A stretch of 64,000 bases of DNA, from contig CAZUED010000001.1 in NCBI GenBank assembly GCA_964619545.1, positions 49,898-113,897 on the forward strand. The letters run 5' to 3'. Shown piece after piece: positions 31,445-40,455 of the stretch. The notes below the pieces were generated by a model. The model was given only the letters and a program-made list of their open reading frames with translations, made no database searches and was not told the DNA's origin. Position 1 is the stretch's first letter; the number at the start of each line of letters is the position of its first letter. The DNA comes from an uncultured Muribaculaceae bacterium. GTDB lineage: Bacteria > Pseudomonadota > Alphaproteobacteria > Rs-D84. The translations under genes were made by a program, and so were the position numbers.

Positions 31445-32881
31445 TTGCACAGCAATATGCGCGGAAATTTTTTGCTGCAAGCTTTGCTGGCAATCGCCTT
31501 GGTGATGTCATTTATGTCTTTTATGGCGCCAAAATTAGCCGCGCGAAAAAGTGATGCCACCATGGCTGCAATTGCACGCCAGACAGAAACTGCTGCCCGC
31601 GCAGCTCGGCAATTTGTCCGTGCCAACAAGTCAAGCATTGTTTATGGTCCACGCACCATTTCAGGTGATGGATTTTCCGATTTGCTAGAACCTTTTGGTC
31701 TGCCATTGGGTTTTATTCCATTAACCACAGCACAACAAAAAATTTCGCTTTTGACATCAAAAAATGATTCTGGTGTTATTGCCTTGATAGTTTTGCAGGG
31801 TGGTAAAATTTCAGATGTAAAGCGTCATGAATTAATGTCTCGAATCGGGCCCGAGGCTGCAATTGCGGATGATGATGGATTGTTACATGGAATTGGGGGA
31901 TGGGAAAAATCCCTTAAAGATTTTGGTATAAAACCAGATACATCAGCCGTTTATATGCTGGTTCCTGCAGATGATGATTTTTCAGAATTGATCAGACGTA
32001 ATGCTAATGATTTATCAAGAAATAAATTTCATATTGACCTTTCTATGGCAGGTATGTCTATAAAAAACATCACATCACTTTCTGCAAGGAATGCAGAACT
32101 GGGCACCGCAAACTTTGGAACTTTATCCATAACTGGTTCCAGCGACGAGAGAAAGTTTAAGAACAAGATAGATTTAGTATCCGCCACGCGCGCAGTATTT
32201 CAGACACGCGATGGTGCAAATGCTTTGAACATTTCCAGGGGTGATTTAAATGCAAAATCATTATCCGCGCAAACTCTTTTCAGATATGGAATTCCAGGCT
32301 CGGTTGATGCTGGGTCAACTTCAATCAATTCATTATCAATGGCTGTCGGTCGATCAGGATTTATAGGAATGTATGATTGGGATGTTCACAGCGATGTAAT
32401 TTTAAATAATGTTTCTATAGATACTGAACATCTTGAAATAAATGGATTTGTGAATGCTTCGCGTGGTCAGGATGTATTTATTGATAAAGATGAATTAACA
32501 TATTCAACAAAAAGTGGGGTCGAGACAAGAAAACTTACTACCGCATCAATAACTTTACGGGACCAGGTTTCCAGCGCATTGCTTTCTGGATCTGATGGCT
32601 CTGTAATTCTTGACATTCGTCCAGCAGGTGTTTCTGTTTTAACAGATGTTTTATCCGACAGCATAAATAACGACGCATTTGAGATACTTAAAAACCCAAC
32701 CGCCGATGATGGTGCATTAATTGGTTGCAGAAATGTAATTTCTGCTTTGCCATCGGCACCTGCATACAATTCCAAATCCGCTGCGCAAAACATAGTATGC
32801 CAATTTGTTTTCTGGCAACGTCTTGAGCGTCGTATAAACATAAAGCAGTGTATGCTAGACGGGGGCAGCAATTGCGGATGA
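31445..32881 (+). CDS. Large prepilin-like protein A (478 aa): short leader MHSNMRG, then a hydrophobic NFLLQALLAIALVMSFMSFMAP segment
   Basis: TTG start with a strong SD AGGAGGG 7 nt upstream. Has a class-III signal-like N-terminus and a beta-rich remainder; paralogous to the next two genes. Confidence 0.5.
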   Translation: MHSNMRGNFLLQALLAIALVMSFMSFMAPKLAARKSDATMAAIARQTETAARAARQFVRANKSSIVYGPRTISGDGFSDLLEPFGLPLGFIPLTTAQQKISLLTSKNDSGVIALIVLQGGKISDVKRHELMSRIGPEAAIADDDGLLHGIGGWEKSLKDFGIKPDTSAVYMLVPADDDFSELIRRNANDLSRNKFHIDLSMAGMSIKNITSLSARNAELGTANFGTLSITGSSDERKFKNKIDLVSATRAVFQTRDGANALNISRGDLNAKSLSAQTLFRYGIPGSVDAGSTSINSLSMAVGRSGFIGMYDWDVHSDVILNNVSIDTEHLEINGFVNASRGQDVFIDKDELTYSTKSGVETRKLTTASITLRDQVSSALLSGSDGSVILDIRPAGVSVLTDVLSDSINNDAFEILKNPTADDGALIGCRNVISALPSAPAYNSKSAAQNIVCQFVFWQRLERRINIKQCMLDGGSNCG

Positions 32882-34176
32882 TGAATAAATTAAAGTTTTT
32901 TTATAATAAATATATTATGGGTGAAAAAAATTCATCCCATGTAATTCATTATTCATTAACTTGTCAGCGGGGTGCTGGATTGTTAGAAACTTTGCTGGCA
33001 ATCGCAGTTGTTGGTGCAGTTCTACCCTTTGCTTATACCAGTGCTATAGATATGAGTCACAGTATTGCAGATACTGCCGAGGCTAATCGGGTTCTGGCAT
33101 GGCATGATCCTGTGATGGCATATGTTCGTAAGAATCAGTCAGATTGGCCGCAAACGGCACAAATAGAATTTGACGAAGAGGAAGTTGTTATTATGGGGAC
33201 TGGAGACAACAGATTATTGTATCCATATGCCGGGTTTATTGAAAAGCGTCAGGGTTCCGGCGGTTCGGTTATAAATGCATATTTAGCATTTCGCCCAGTT
33301 GGTATAAATGAAATCCGCGTTGCAAACATTGCAAAAAATCTGGGTTCTGATGCTGCTGTTGCCAGCAATGGTGGGAATGCATCCAGCTCTGCTGGATGGA
33401 GCATTTATTCCGAGCTATTTACAGATGGTGATTTGATTTTTAGAATTTCTGACATTTTGGGTGATGATGATGCATACAAGTATTTGCACAGAACTTATTT
33501 GGACGATCCAGAATTAAACACAATGCGTCGTGATTTGGATATGGCAAAAAATAGCATTTTTGACATTGGGAAAATAACAGCGCAAACATTGAATGCTACA
33601 AACTCGAAACTTTGGTTTATTGAAACTCCACATATTCAGACGTCCGAAATTTATTTTCCCGAAGGATCGTCAATTGATGCGTCTAAAGCTGTCTTTGGTT
33701 CGGTTAATGTGAACGGAGACGTTAATGGACTGCGAAAAATTACGGCTGGAAAATTAAAAGGCGCTGCCGTACTTGCTGGTTCGCAGTGGTCTTCACGTGG
33801 CGATGTTGTAGTAGATTCAGTAAATGTAAATGGGCCTGTTAATGTTCAGCGAGACATGGTGGTGCGCGCAGAAAGTGCGCGCAGTATAAGTGGTTTCGCC
33901 GGTGTGCGTGCAAATTCCGTTGCAACGCCATATATTTTTGCAGATCAGATGTTTTTTGCCAGTGGTTATGGGATAACAATTTCAAGTGAGTTGTTATATT
34001 CTTCTACTGGTGTACCAATAAAATTAGGAAATTGGAGCTTTCCATCAACAAGCAGTCCAAAGTTTTCCACGCTGACATTGTATAAATCCAATGGAAAGGA
34101 ATTAGGCCAAGTATTGGGTGTTCCAAATACCAAAGATGTTGCGTCGATAATGAGAAGTGGATGGAAAAATCTGTGA
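32878..34176 (+). CDS. Large prepilin-like protein B (433 aa): 32-aa leader MMNKLKFFYNKYIMGEK...CQRG, then AGLLETLLAIAVVGAVLPF
   Basis: ATGA overlap with gene A. Has RG followed by x4-E and a ~20-aa hydrophobic stretch; the C-terminal GSVNVNGDVNG...VNVNGPVNV repeats suggest a beta-helix. Confidence 0.5.
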   Translation: MMNKLKFFYNKYIMGEKNSSHVIHYSLTCQRGAGLLETLLAIAVVGAVLPFAYTSAIDMSHSIADTAEANRVLAWHDPVMAYVRKNQSDWPQTAQIEFDEEEVVIMGTGDNRLLYPYAGFIEKRQGSGGSVINAYLAFRPVGINEIRVANIAKNLGSDAAVASNGGNASSSAGWSIYSELFTDGDLIFRISDILGDDDAYKYLHRTYLDDPELNTMRRDLDMAKNSIFDIGKITAQTLNATNSKLWFIETPHIQTSEIYFPEGSSIDASKAVFGSVNVNGDVNGLRKITAGKLKGAAVLAGSQWSSRGDVVVDSVNVNGPVNVQRDMVVRAESARSISGFAGVRANSVATPYIFADQMFFASGYGITISSELLYSSTGVPIKLGNWSFPSTSSPKFSTLTLYKSNGKELGQVLGVPNTKDVASIMRSGWKNL

Positions 34177-35537
34177 ATCATAAATTAAGGAATTTTTATA
34201 ATAAATATATTATTGGTGAGAAAATTTCACCAGATGTAACACACCATTCACGTGGCGGGATGATGTTGGAAATACTTTTGTCTTTGGCTATTGCTGCGGC
34301 CGCATTGCCTTTTGTTCTGCGGCAATTAGATAATCGTACGCACCGCGCTGAAAATGTAAGCATAGCGCGCGACATTGCTATGACTCGTGATGCTTTAGAA
34401 CGTTATATGGATGCGCGGAAACGCGAATTATTGGCGCCAACCGGATCATTCGTTACGCGTGTTAAAATGCGCGATCTGATTGAATACGGAAACATTCCAA
34501 AAAATTATGACAAGTTCCAAGCCCGTATAATAAAATCCAGGGATGCAAACGGCCATGCTGTTTTATCAGGTATGGTTATATTTGACTCTGCGGATATATC
34601 ACCAGTGCGAACACGGGAAATTGCAGAACTTGGTGGACAGGGTGCTGGATTTGTAGAACGAAACGAAGCATACAGCGCATTCGGAACATGGCGTAGTAAG
34701 ACAAGTATTTTTGATGCGCAATTTGGCAAGGATTCGGTAGTAGAAAGCACAGACACAATTTTGTCTGGTGGTGACTTTCTTTGGAGATTGCCTTCGAATG
34801 AGCCACTAGACGGATCAATGGCCAGCGATTTTTCTATGGGTGGTAATAATATAAATGACGCAAAGCAAATAGATGCGTATAGCGCAGATTTTAGTGAGAT
34901 TTTGCATGCGGATTTAATTTCCGCCAGAAAAGTTCAGATTACACCTCGTGCAAATTTTGAATCGGCATTAGTTGTATCGGGCGAAGCCCTGGTAATGGGC
35001 GCAATGACATCTGATTCAAGAAATGCGACAATAGGCTCGGAAGTTTTTTTAACTGGCCAGGCGCGTATATCCAGACTGGACACAGGCGAGCTTTGGGTCG
35101 GCGATCTGAATCTGAATGGGCTTTCTATTGGTGGAAGCGAGAAACCTGGAATTTTGAAAGTTGGTCAGACCATAGACATTACTCGCGGCCGTATAACGGC
35201 GCGTACGGCAACTATTGGATATAGCGGTTCAGTTGCACCAAAAATTTCAGTGACCGAACGTATAGAAGATTCAGGCAATCAAGCATATTATTGGGACTTG
35301 AAATCTGGGGATGCCAAGTTTTTTGATGTTTCTGCAGGGCAGCTTAATCAAATGATGAAAAATGCAATTCGCGCCGAATCAAAAAGTCCAAAAACAACTA
35401 CAGAAACAATAATTAATCAAGTTGCCGCAAATAATAATGCGACCATTTCAGATTACGCACGTGCATTGGGCGAAATACAAAGCAAGGTTATGATGAAATA
35501 TAACCGCTTGAAATTAGAGCAAGCCGGTGTAAAATAA
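34161..35537 (+). CDS. Large prepilin-like protein C (458 aa): leader MEKSVNHKLRNFYNKYIIGEK...HSRG, then GMMLEILLSLAIAAAALPF
   Basis: Overlaps the gene B stop. The leader motif KL+xFYNKYI(I/M)GEK is shared with gene B. An alternative GTG start at 34173 gives MNHKLRNFYNKY. Confidence 0.5.
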   Translation: MEKSVNHKLRNFYNKYIIGEKISPDVTHHSRGGMMLEILLSLAIAAAALPFVLRQLDNRTHRAENVSIARDIAMTRDALERYMDARKRELLAPTGSFVTRVKMRDLIEYGNIPKNYDKFQARIIKSRDANGHAVLSGMVIFDSADISPVRTREIAELGGQGAGFVERNEAYSAFGTWRSKTSIFDAQFGKDSVVESTDTILSGGDFLWRLPSNEPLDGSMASDFSMGGNNINDAKQIDAYSADFSEILHADLISARKVQITPRANFESALVVSGEALVMGAMTSDSRNATIGSEVFLTGQARISRLDTGELWVGDLNLNGLSIGGSEKPGILKVGQTIDITRGRITARTATIGYSGSVAPKISVTERIEDSGNQAYYWDLKSGDAKFFDVSAGQLNQMMKNAIRAESKSPKTTTETIINQVAANNNATISDYARALGEIQSKVMMKYNRLKLEQAGVK

Positions 35538-35542
35538 AATAT

Positions 35543-36028
35543 ATGAAAGTTGCTTGTCCTTTTTGTAAAGTAGAGTATTGTGTGCGAAATCAAAATTGCC
35601 GGTTGTTTCAATGCGCAGTTTGTGGTTGCACATGGCGTGCACCATCGCGTGAGAAAAATTCGCGAATATGGATTTTTCTTTTGTCGTGTTTTGTTTTATT
35701 GTTAGCAGTTTTTTCTTTAGTTGCTTTATTGCTTTGGATACCGCACACTAACGAGGCATTGTCAGTCCGGATGGATTCGGCCGTGCGCGCTGATGAATTT
35801 TTGATAGTGTCAGGCGTTGTTTCTAACAAATCGGAAAAATTATATGGCGTTCCAGATTTGATTGTATCAATGAAAGATAATCGGGGCGTGGAAATTTCAT
35901 CTCAAAAATTCTCGCCACCTACACCATTATTAGATTCAGGTGAAGAAGCGGACTTTTCAGTCCAGGTTCGAAATGTGCCGGTAGGGGTAGATAAAATTTC
36001 GGTGAAATTTAATAATACAGGAAATTAA
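35543..36028 (+). CDS. MJ0042-type zinc-ribbon / DUF3426-like membrane protein
   Basis: CPFCKVEYCV...CAVCGCTW zinc ribbon, then a TM helix, then a ~90-aa C-terminal domain. Confidence 0.45.
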   Translation: MKVACPFCKVEYCVRNQNCRLFQCAVCGCTWRAPSREKNSRIWIFLLSCFVLLLAVFSLVALLLWIPHTNEALSVRMDSAVRADEFLIVSGVVSNKSEKLYGVPDLIVSMKDNRGVEISSQKFSPPTPLLDSGEEADFSVQVRNVPVGVDKISVKFNNTGN

Positions 36029-36030
36029 CA

Positions 36031-36501
36031 ATGATTAAAATACTCAACAAATTCTTAGTTGCATTTATCCTTTTTAATTTTGCCGCGCATGCTGATAATG
36101 TTGTGTTACAAAGACCAAGTATATTTTCCACCAGCACAGATTGGGAAAGCATTACAGGTTTGCGATACGGCCAATTTGATTTGTCTTTTATCAGGGATAA
36201 ATCAATCGGGAATAATGGGATAGAGTTATATTTTCTAGATGGTTTTCCGTGTATAGGTCAGGCGCAAACTGCGCGTGCATGGATTTCGCCCAGCAAAATT
36301 TCAGGCGCAGATGAATATGTAAAAATGTATATCAGCTGTGTGCAGCGTCCGACAGAATTACGTTTTGCATGGCGCGAAGCTGCACGTCAAGATTATCAAA
36401 GTCGGACCACAGGAATTATGACTTGTAATATAACAGGACAAGGCCGTTTAATTCCTATTACATTGAACGATTGTGTTAAGGGGAAAAACTGGGATGAGTG
36501 A
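36031..36501 (+). CDS. Secreted hypothetical protein (signal peptide, 4 Cys)
   Basis: N-terminal LVAFILFNFAAHA signal; no recognised domain. Confidence 0.35.
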   Translation: MIKILNKFLVAFILFNFAAHADNVVLQRPSIFSTSTDWESITGLRYGQFDLSFIRDKSIGNNGIELYFLDGFPCIGQAQTARAWISPSKISGADEYVKMYISCVQRPTELRFAWREAARQDYQSRTTGIMTCNITGQGRLIPITLNDCVKGKNWDE

Positions 36502-37456
36502 TATAAGAACATTTATTGCAAAAGAATCTGATGTTAGTTTGCGTCTGGATAAGTTTTTGGTATATCTTATGCCAGAATTTTCGCGCAGCGAAATACAAAA
36601 ATTTTCTGTTAAAAGATTGCCAGATACTGGCGAGATAAAATTTTCAGATAAAATTAAATTTGGTGATAAAATCCAAGTAATTATTCCAGAAAAACAGCAA
36701 AATAAATTACCAACTATAAATAAAAAAAACCAATTTATATTAGATGTTTTATTTGAAGACGACGATGTTATTGTGGTGAATAAGCCACGCGGTGTTGCGA
36801 TGTATCCTGGTGCTGGACGTGAAACCGATACTTTGGTGCAGCGTGTTTTATCGCATACAAATCTGGCATCGTCTGGCGGAGAAATGCGACCAGGCGTTGT
36901 CCATCGTCTAGATAAAGATACAAGTGGGATAGTGATTTTTGCTAAATCGGATGCTGCGCACAAATCTTTAACAAAGACATTTGCTTGGCACGATTTAACC
37001 AGAAAGTATATCGCATTTATTTGGGGCGTTCCAAATTGGACCCAGGCCGACATAAGTGGAAACATAGGGCGTAGTGCACGCAATCGTCAAAAAATGACAA
37101 TGTTAAAGATTGGCGGAAAATTCGCGCAAACCCAGGCCGAAGTAATTGACGCATGGTCAGCAGATGGAATTTCTAAACTACGTTGCACTTTGCTGACTGG
37201 GCGGACACATCAAATTCGTGTGCATCTTTCAGCACATGGCTTTCCTGTTGTTTGTGACCCGCTTTATGGGCGCGGTGCGATGCGACTGGGCAGTGTAAAA
37301 AAAACAGAACTGTATGAATTCTTGAAAACTCACCATGGACAAATGCTACATGCTGAGGTTTTAGAATTAAAACATCCAATAACTGGTCGTCTAATGAAAT
37401 TTAAGTCAAAGATGCCAACTGACATGAAACAATTACAAGACATTTTAGAAAGCTGA
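36494..37456 (+). CDS. rluD: 23S rRNA pseudouridine synthase RluD (RluA family, S4 domain)
   Basis: S4-like N-terminus LRLDKFLV and the catalytic HRLDKDTSGIVIFAKS. Confidence 0.85.
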   Translation: MSDIRTFIAKESDVSLRLDKFLVYLMPEFSRSEIQKFSVKRLPDTGEIKFSDKIKFGDKIQVIIPEKQQNKLPTINKKNQFILDVLFEDDDVIVVNKPRGVAMYPGAGRETDTLVQRVLSHTNLASSGGEMRPGVVHRLDKDTSGIVIFAKSDAAHKSLTKTFAWHDLTRKYIAFIWGVPNWTQADISGNIGRSARNRQKMTMLKIGGKFAQTQAEVIDAWSADGISKLRCTLLTGRTHQIRVHLSAHGFPVVCDPLYGRGAMRLGSVKKTELYEFLKTHHGQMLHAEVLELKHPITGRLMKFKSKMPTDMKQLQDILES

Positions 37457-37461
37457 TTAAA

Positions 37462-39015
37462 TTATCTTACTTTAACTTCATTTACCAAAGTTCTGCTGAC
37501 CGAATCCAGTTCCATTGGTTGAAAATCCGGATCAGTTAAAACCGGAGCCGAGCTGTCTTCGGGTAAAACAATGATTTCTTCACTTTGTGTTTCTGGTTGT
37601 ACTATTTCTTCTTTGTTTTGCCGATAAGTTTTTGCTTTATACTGACCACGCAAGCTATCAGGAATTCGTAAGTAATCCATTGGATTTATTCCCGCCGAAA
37701 TTTTTATTTCTGTGCGCCGTGCGTTGTTTTGTCCACTGGTTTGATACAATGGTTTTATAAAATTAGTTGCGGCCATTTCGGAAACTTTTGGTATACCACT
37801 GCCATCCAGAGTCATAATCTGCAATGCTCTTTGGGACATTCCATCTGGTTGCAGACGAATCAGACCATCTAATCCACGAAATCCTGACGGATCAACCAAG
37901 AATTCGGATGCACTGCGCTGTGCATGCAATGCCCGTACAGCAAGCATTGCTGCATCATATCCCATTGGACTGATTCTTTCAGGTTCTTTTTCAGAAACAG
38001 ATCGGTATGCGTTTGCAAATTCTGGTGAAATCGCTGGCAAGGCTGCAAAGCTGGCGCCACTCATCGTCATATCGCGAAACATAACATCGTTGTCCCACAT
38101 TGCAGTTCCAAAGAATTTTACCTTTTTATTGGATGCATCAAAATAACGCATAAATGAACCAAGTGCCTTGGAGTCAGCAGCATTACCAAGGAATAACACT
38201 GCGTCAAATGGAACATCGCCAATAGTGTCTGATTTATTGCGATCTTCCAGCTGATTTGCAACGATAGCTTTATCTTCTGCAGAAACATTTTGTTTTAACA
38301 GAATGTCTGAAAGAATTTCTTTGGCCCGTGTATTTGCATCGCCACGTGCATTAAACATTGTTGCATTTTCAGCCGTACGCTTCATGCTTTCCATATCGCC
38401 AGATTTGTAATAATAAAATCCAGAGACGCGTAATCCATAAACTCGTGCAGAATCCAGTGCGGCATTGCCCATAATATAACCTGACGCATTATCTGGGGCC
38501 AGAATCATTATTTCCTTTTTGCCTTCATCAGATATGCGACGCACAATTGTTTCAACGCTTTGCGCCGGCATCAGCGACATAGTCATAATTCCGTTTCCTA
38601 ATGCGCTTGCATCAGAAGTAAAAGACAATACCGCAGTATTTGATGGCTTTAATTCGCGTAGCAAATCAACATCTTCGGCAAAAATCGGACCAATGATTAA
38701 ATCGGGCCGTGAGCTTAATGCTGCATCAATTTGCATTTCTTTGGTTTCGCGTGAACCAGATAAATCCATGAAACGTACATTTATATCATCGGCACGTCTT
38801 TGCAATAATGCCATTTGTATACTGGTTTTTACAGAATTTCCCATTTCTGATTCGGGCAGCAGCACCGCAATTGTTTTTGGGCCATTCATGCCAGTGCTTG
38901 GCGAATCCAGGTCTATCGCATCGCCAACTTCAATAGGGGTGGTGCTGACGCAGCCAGCCAGCCAAGCAGCAGGCAGCAGATAAAGAAAAACAGGTATGAT
39001 TTTTTTGATAAACAT
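37462..39015 (-). CDS. LpoA-like lipoprotein (periplasmic-binding-protein type I fold; penicillin-binding-protein activator family)
   Basis: Lipobox WLAGC and a PBP1-like domain. It is divergent from rsmI, as yraM/lpoA is from yraL in enterobacteria. Confidence 0.5.
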   Translation of the reverse strand: MFIKKIIPVFLYLLPAAWLAGCVSTTPIEVGDAIDLDSPSTGMNGPKTIAVLLPESEMGNSVKTSIQMALLQRRADDINVRFMDLSGSRETKEMQIDAALSSRPDLIIGPIFAEDVDLLRELKPSNTAVLSFTSDASALGNGIMTMSLMPAQSVETIVRRISDEGKKEIMILAPDNASGYIMGNAALDSARVYGLRVSGFYYYKSGDMESMKRTAENATMFNARGDANTRAKEILSDILLKQNVSAEDKAIVANQLEDRNKSDTIGDVPFDAVLFLGNAADSKALGSFMRYFDASNKKVKFFGTAMWDNDVMFRDMTMSGASFAALPAISPEFANAYRSVSEKEPERISPMGYDAAMLAVRALHAQRSASEFLVDPSGFRGLDGLIRLQPDGMSQRALQIMTLDGSGIPKVSEMAATNFIKPLYQTSGQNNARRTEIKISAGINPMDYLRIPDSLRGQYKAKTYRQNKEEIVQPETQSEEIIVLPEDSSAPVLTDPDFQPMELDSVSRTLVNEVKVR

Positions 39016-39061
39016 TGAAAATTCCTAAATCTAGTGCAATAATAAAACAAAAGGAGCCGAA

Positions 39062-39895
39062 ATGCAATCAGGTCTTTACATTGTCGGAACCCCCATAGGC
39101 AATCTGGGTGATATGACTGCGCGAGCAATCGAGACTTTACAAAGCGTCGATTTAGTTGCCGCAGAAGATACCAGGGTTTTTGGCAAATTAGCATCTCATT
39201 TTGATATTAAAACACGCCGAATTGCGATTCATGATCATAACGAGCGCGAAATGGCTGAAAAAATCGCAGACATTATTGCTGGACGACGTGCGACGGATGG
39301 CTCGCAAGTTTTAGAGGGGACTATACCAGGCGCTTCGGTCGCATTGGTGTCGGATGCTGGAATGCCGACTATCAGTGATCCAGGTTTTCGCCTGGTACGT
39401 TTGTGTCGCGAGCAGGGTTTGCCGGTGTTTGTTGTCCCGGGTCCGGTTGCGGCGGTCAGTGCGCTGGCACTTTCTGGATTTCCAACTGACAGATTTACTT
39501 TCTGTGGGTTTTTCAAGGATGAAAAACATCTGCATGAAGACAATAAAATTCGCCACACTTTGATTTATTACGAAAGCCCGAACAGAGTTCAAGATACTCT
39601 ATCAATTTTTGCGCGAGTAATGCCCGAGCGGCGCATAGCGGTTGTGCGCGAAATCACAAAAATTCACGAAGAAACCATTATTGGCTATCCATCTGATTTG
39701 GTGATGCGCGACGATTGGCGCGGAGAAATCGTAATGGTTGTTGAACCATCGCCAGAGGTTAAAATGAGTGATGACGAAATTTCAGAAATAGTTCGTGATG
39801 TTGCGGCAAATTCGACCAAGGATGCGGCGGCTCAAATCGCTGCACTTACCGGTTTGTCAAAGAAAGAAGCATATAAAATGGCGATGAAAAAATGA
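39062..39895 (+). CDS. rsmI: 16S rRNA (cytidine1402-2'-O)-methyltransferase RsmI
   Basis: LYIVGTPIGNLGDMTARAIETLQSVDLVAAEDTR tetrapyrrole-methylase-like N-terminus. Confidence 0.88.
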   Translation: MQSGLYIVGTPIGNLGDMTARAIETLQSVDLVAAEDTRVFGKLASHFDIKTRRIAIHDHNEREMAEKIADIIAGRRATDGSQVLEGTIPGASVALVSDAGMPTISDPGFRLVRLCREQGLPVFVVPGPVAAVSALALSGFPTDRFTFCGFFKDEKHLHEDNKIRHTLIYYESPNRVQDTLSIFARVMPERRIAVVREITKIHEETIIGYPSDLVMRDDWRGEIVMVVEPSPEVKMSDDEISEIVRDVAANSTKDAAAQIAALTGLSKKEAYKMAMKK

Positions 39896-40455
39896 TAAAA
39901 TTTATTGGAAGTTTTGAATCAGTTAAATCTTTGCCACGGACTCATTTTGTTGAGTATGCCTTTATCGGGCGCAGTAATGTGGGCAAGTCTTCTTTGATAA
40001 ATTCCGTCGCAGGCAGTGTGATTGCGCGTACATCAAAAACGCCTGGGCGTACGCAATCATTAAATCTTTTTAATTTTGATGACAGGTTGGCAATTATGGA
40101 TTTGCCTGGATACGGATATGCAAAAATATCCAAAGACCAGGCCGCAATGTGGCTGGCGCGATTGGAAGAATACCTTTTGACCCGGGGTCAGTTAAAATTA
40201 TTGTTTGTTTTAATAGATGCACGGCACGAGGTTAAAAAATCTGATTTAGAAATCTTGGATTTTTGCGACGTGAATGCAATTCGCTATCAAATTGTTTTAA
40301 CCAAAGTAGATAAATCCAGCAAAGTTAAAATTACACAAATTAAATCTGAAATCTTGGCAAAGCCACGCCCAGCTGCATCCACAGAGTTTTTAGAAACTTC
40401 GGCAGAAAAAAACTTTGGCATAAAAAACATCAGGCAAGTCATTGGTCTTAAATAA
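39892..40455 (+). CDS. engB: Ribosome-biogenesis GTPase EngB (YihA/YsxC)
   Basis: AFIGRSNVGKSSLINSV, DLPGYG, and TKVDK G-motifs. Confidence 0.88.
   Translation: MIKFIGSFESVKSLPRTHFVEYAFIGRSNVGKSSLINSVAGSVIARTSKTPGRTQSLNLFNFDDRLAIMDLPGYGYAKISKDQAAMWLARLEEYLLTRGQLKLLFVLIDARHEVKKSDLEILDFCDVNAIRYQIVLTKVDKSSKVKITQIKSEILAKPRPAASTEFLETSAEKNFGIKNIRQVIGLK

Noticed and set aside
31438-31554. 38-codon ORF starting at ATG 31438 directly abutting AGGAGGG
   Set aside because: The SD-to-ATG spacing is essentially zero. The same SD is correctly spaced (7 nt) for the TTG start of prepilin-like gene A in another frame.
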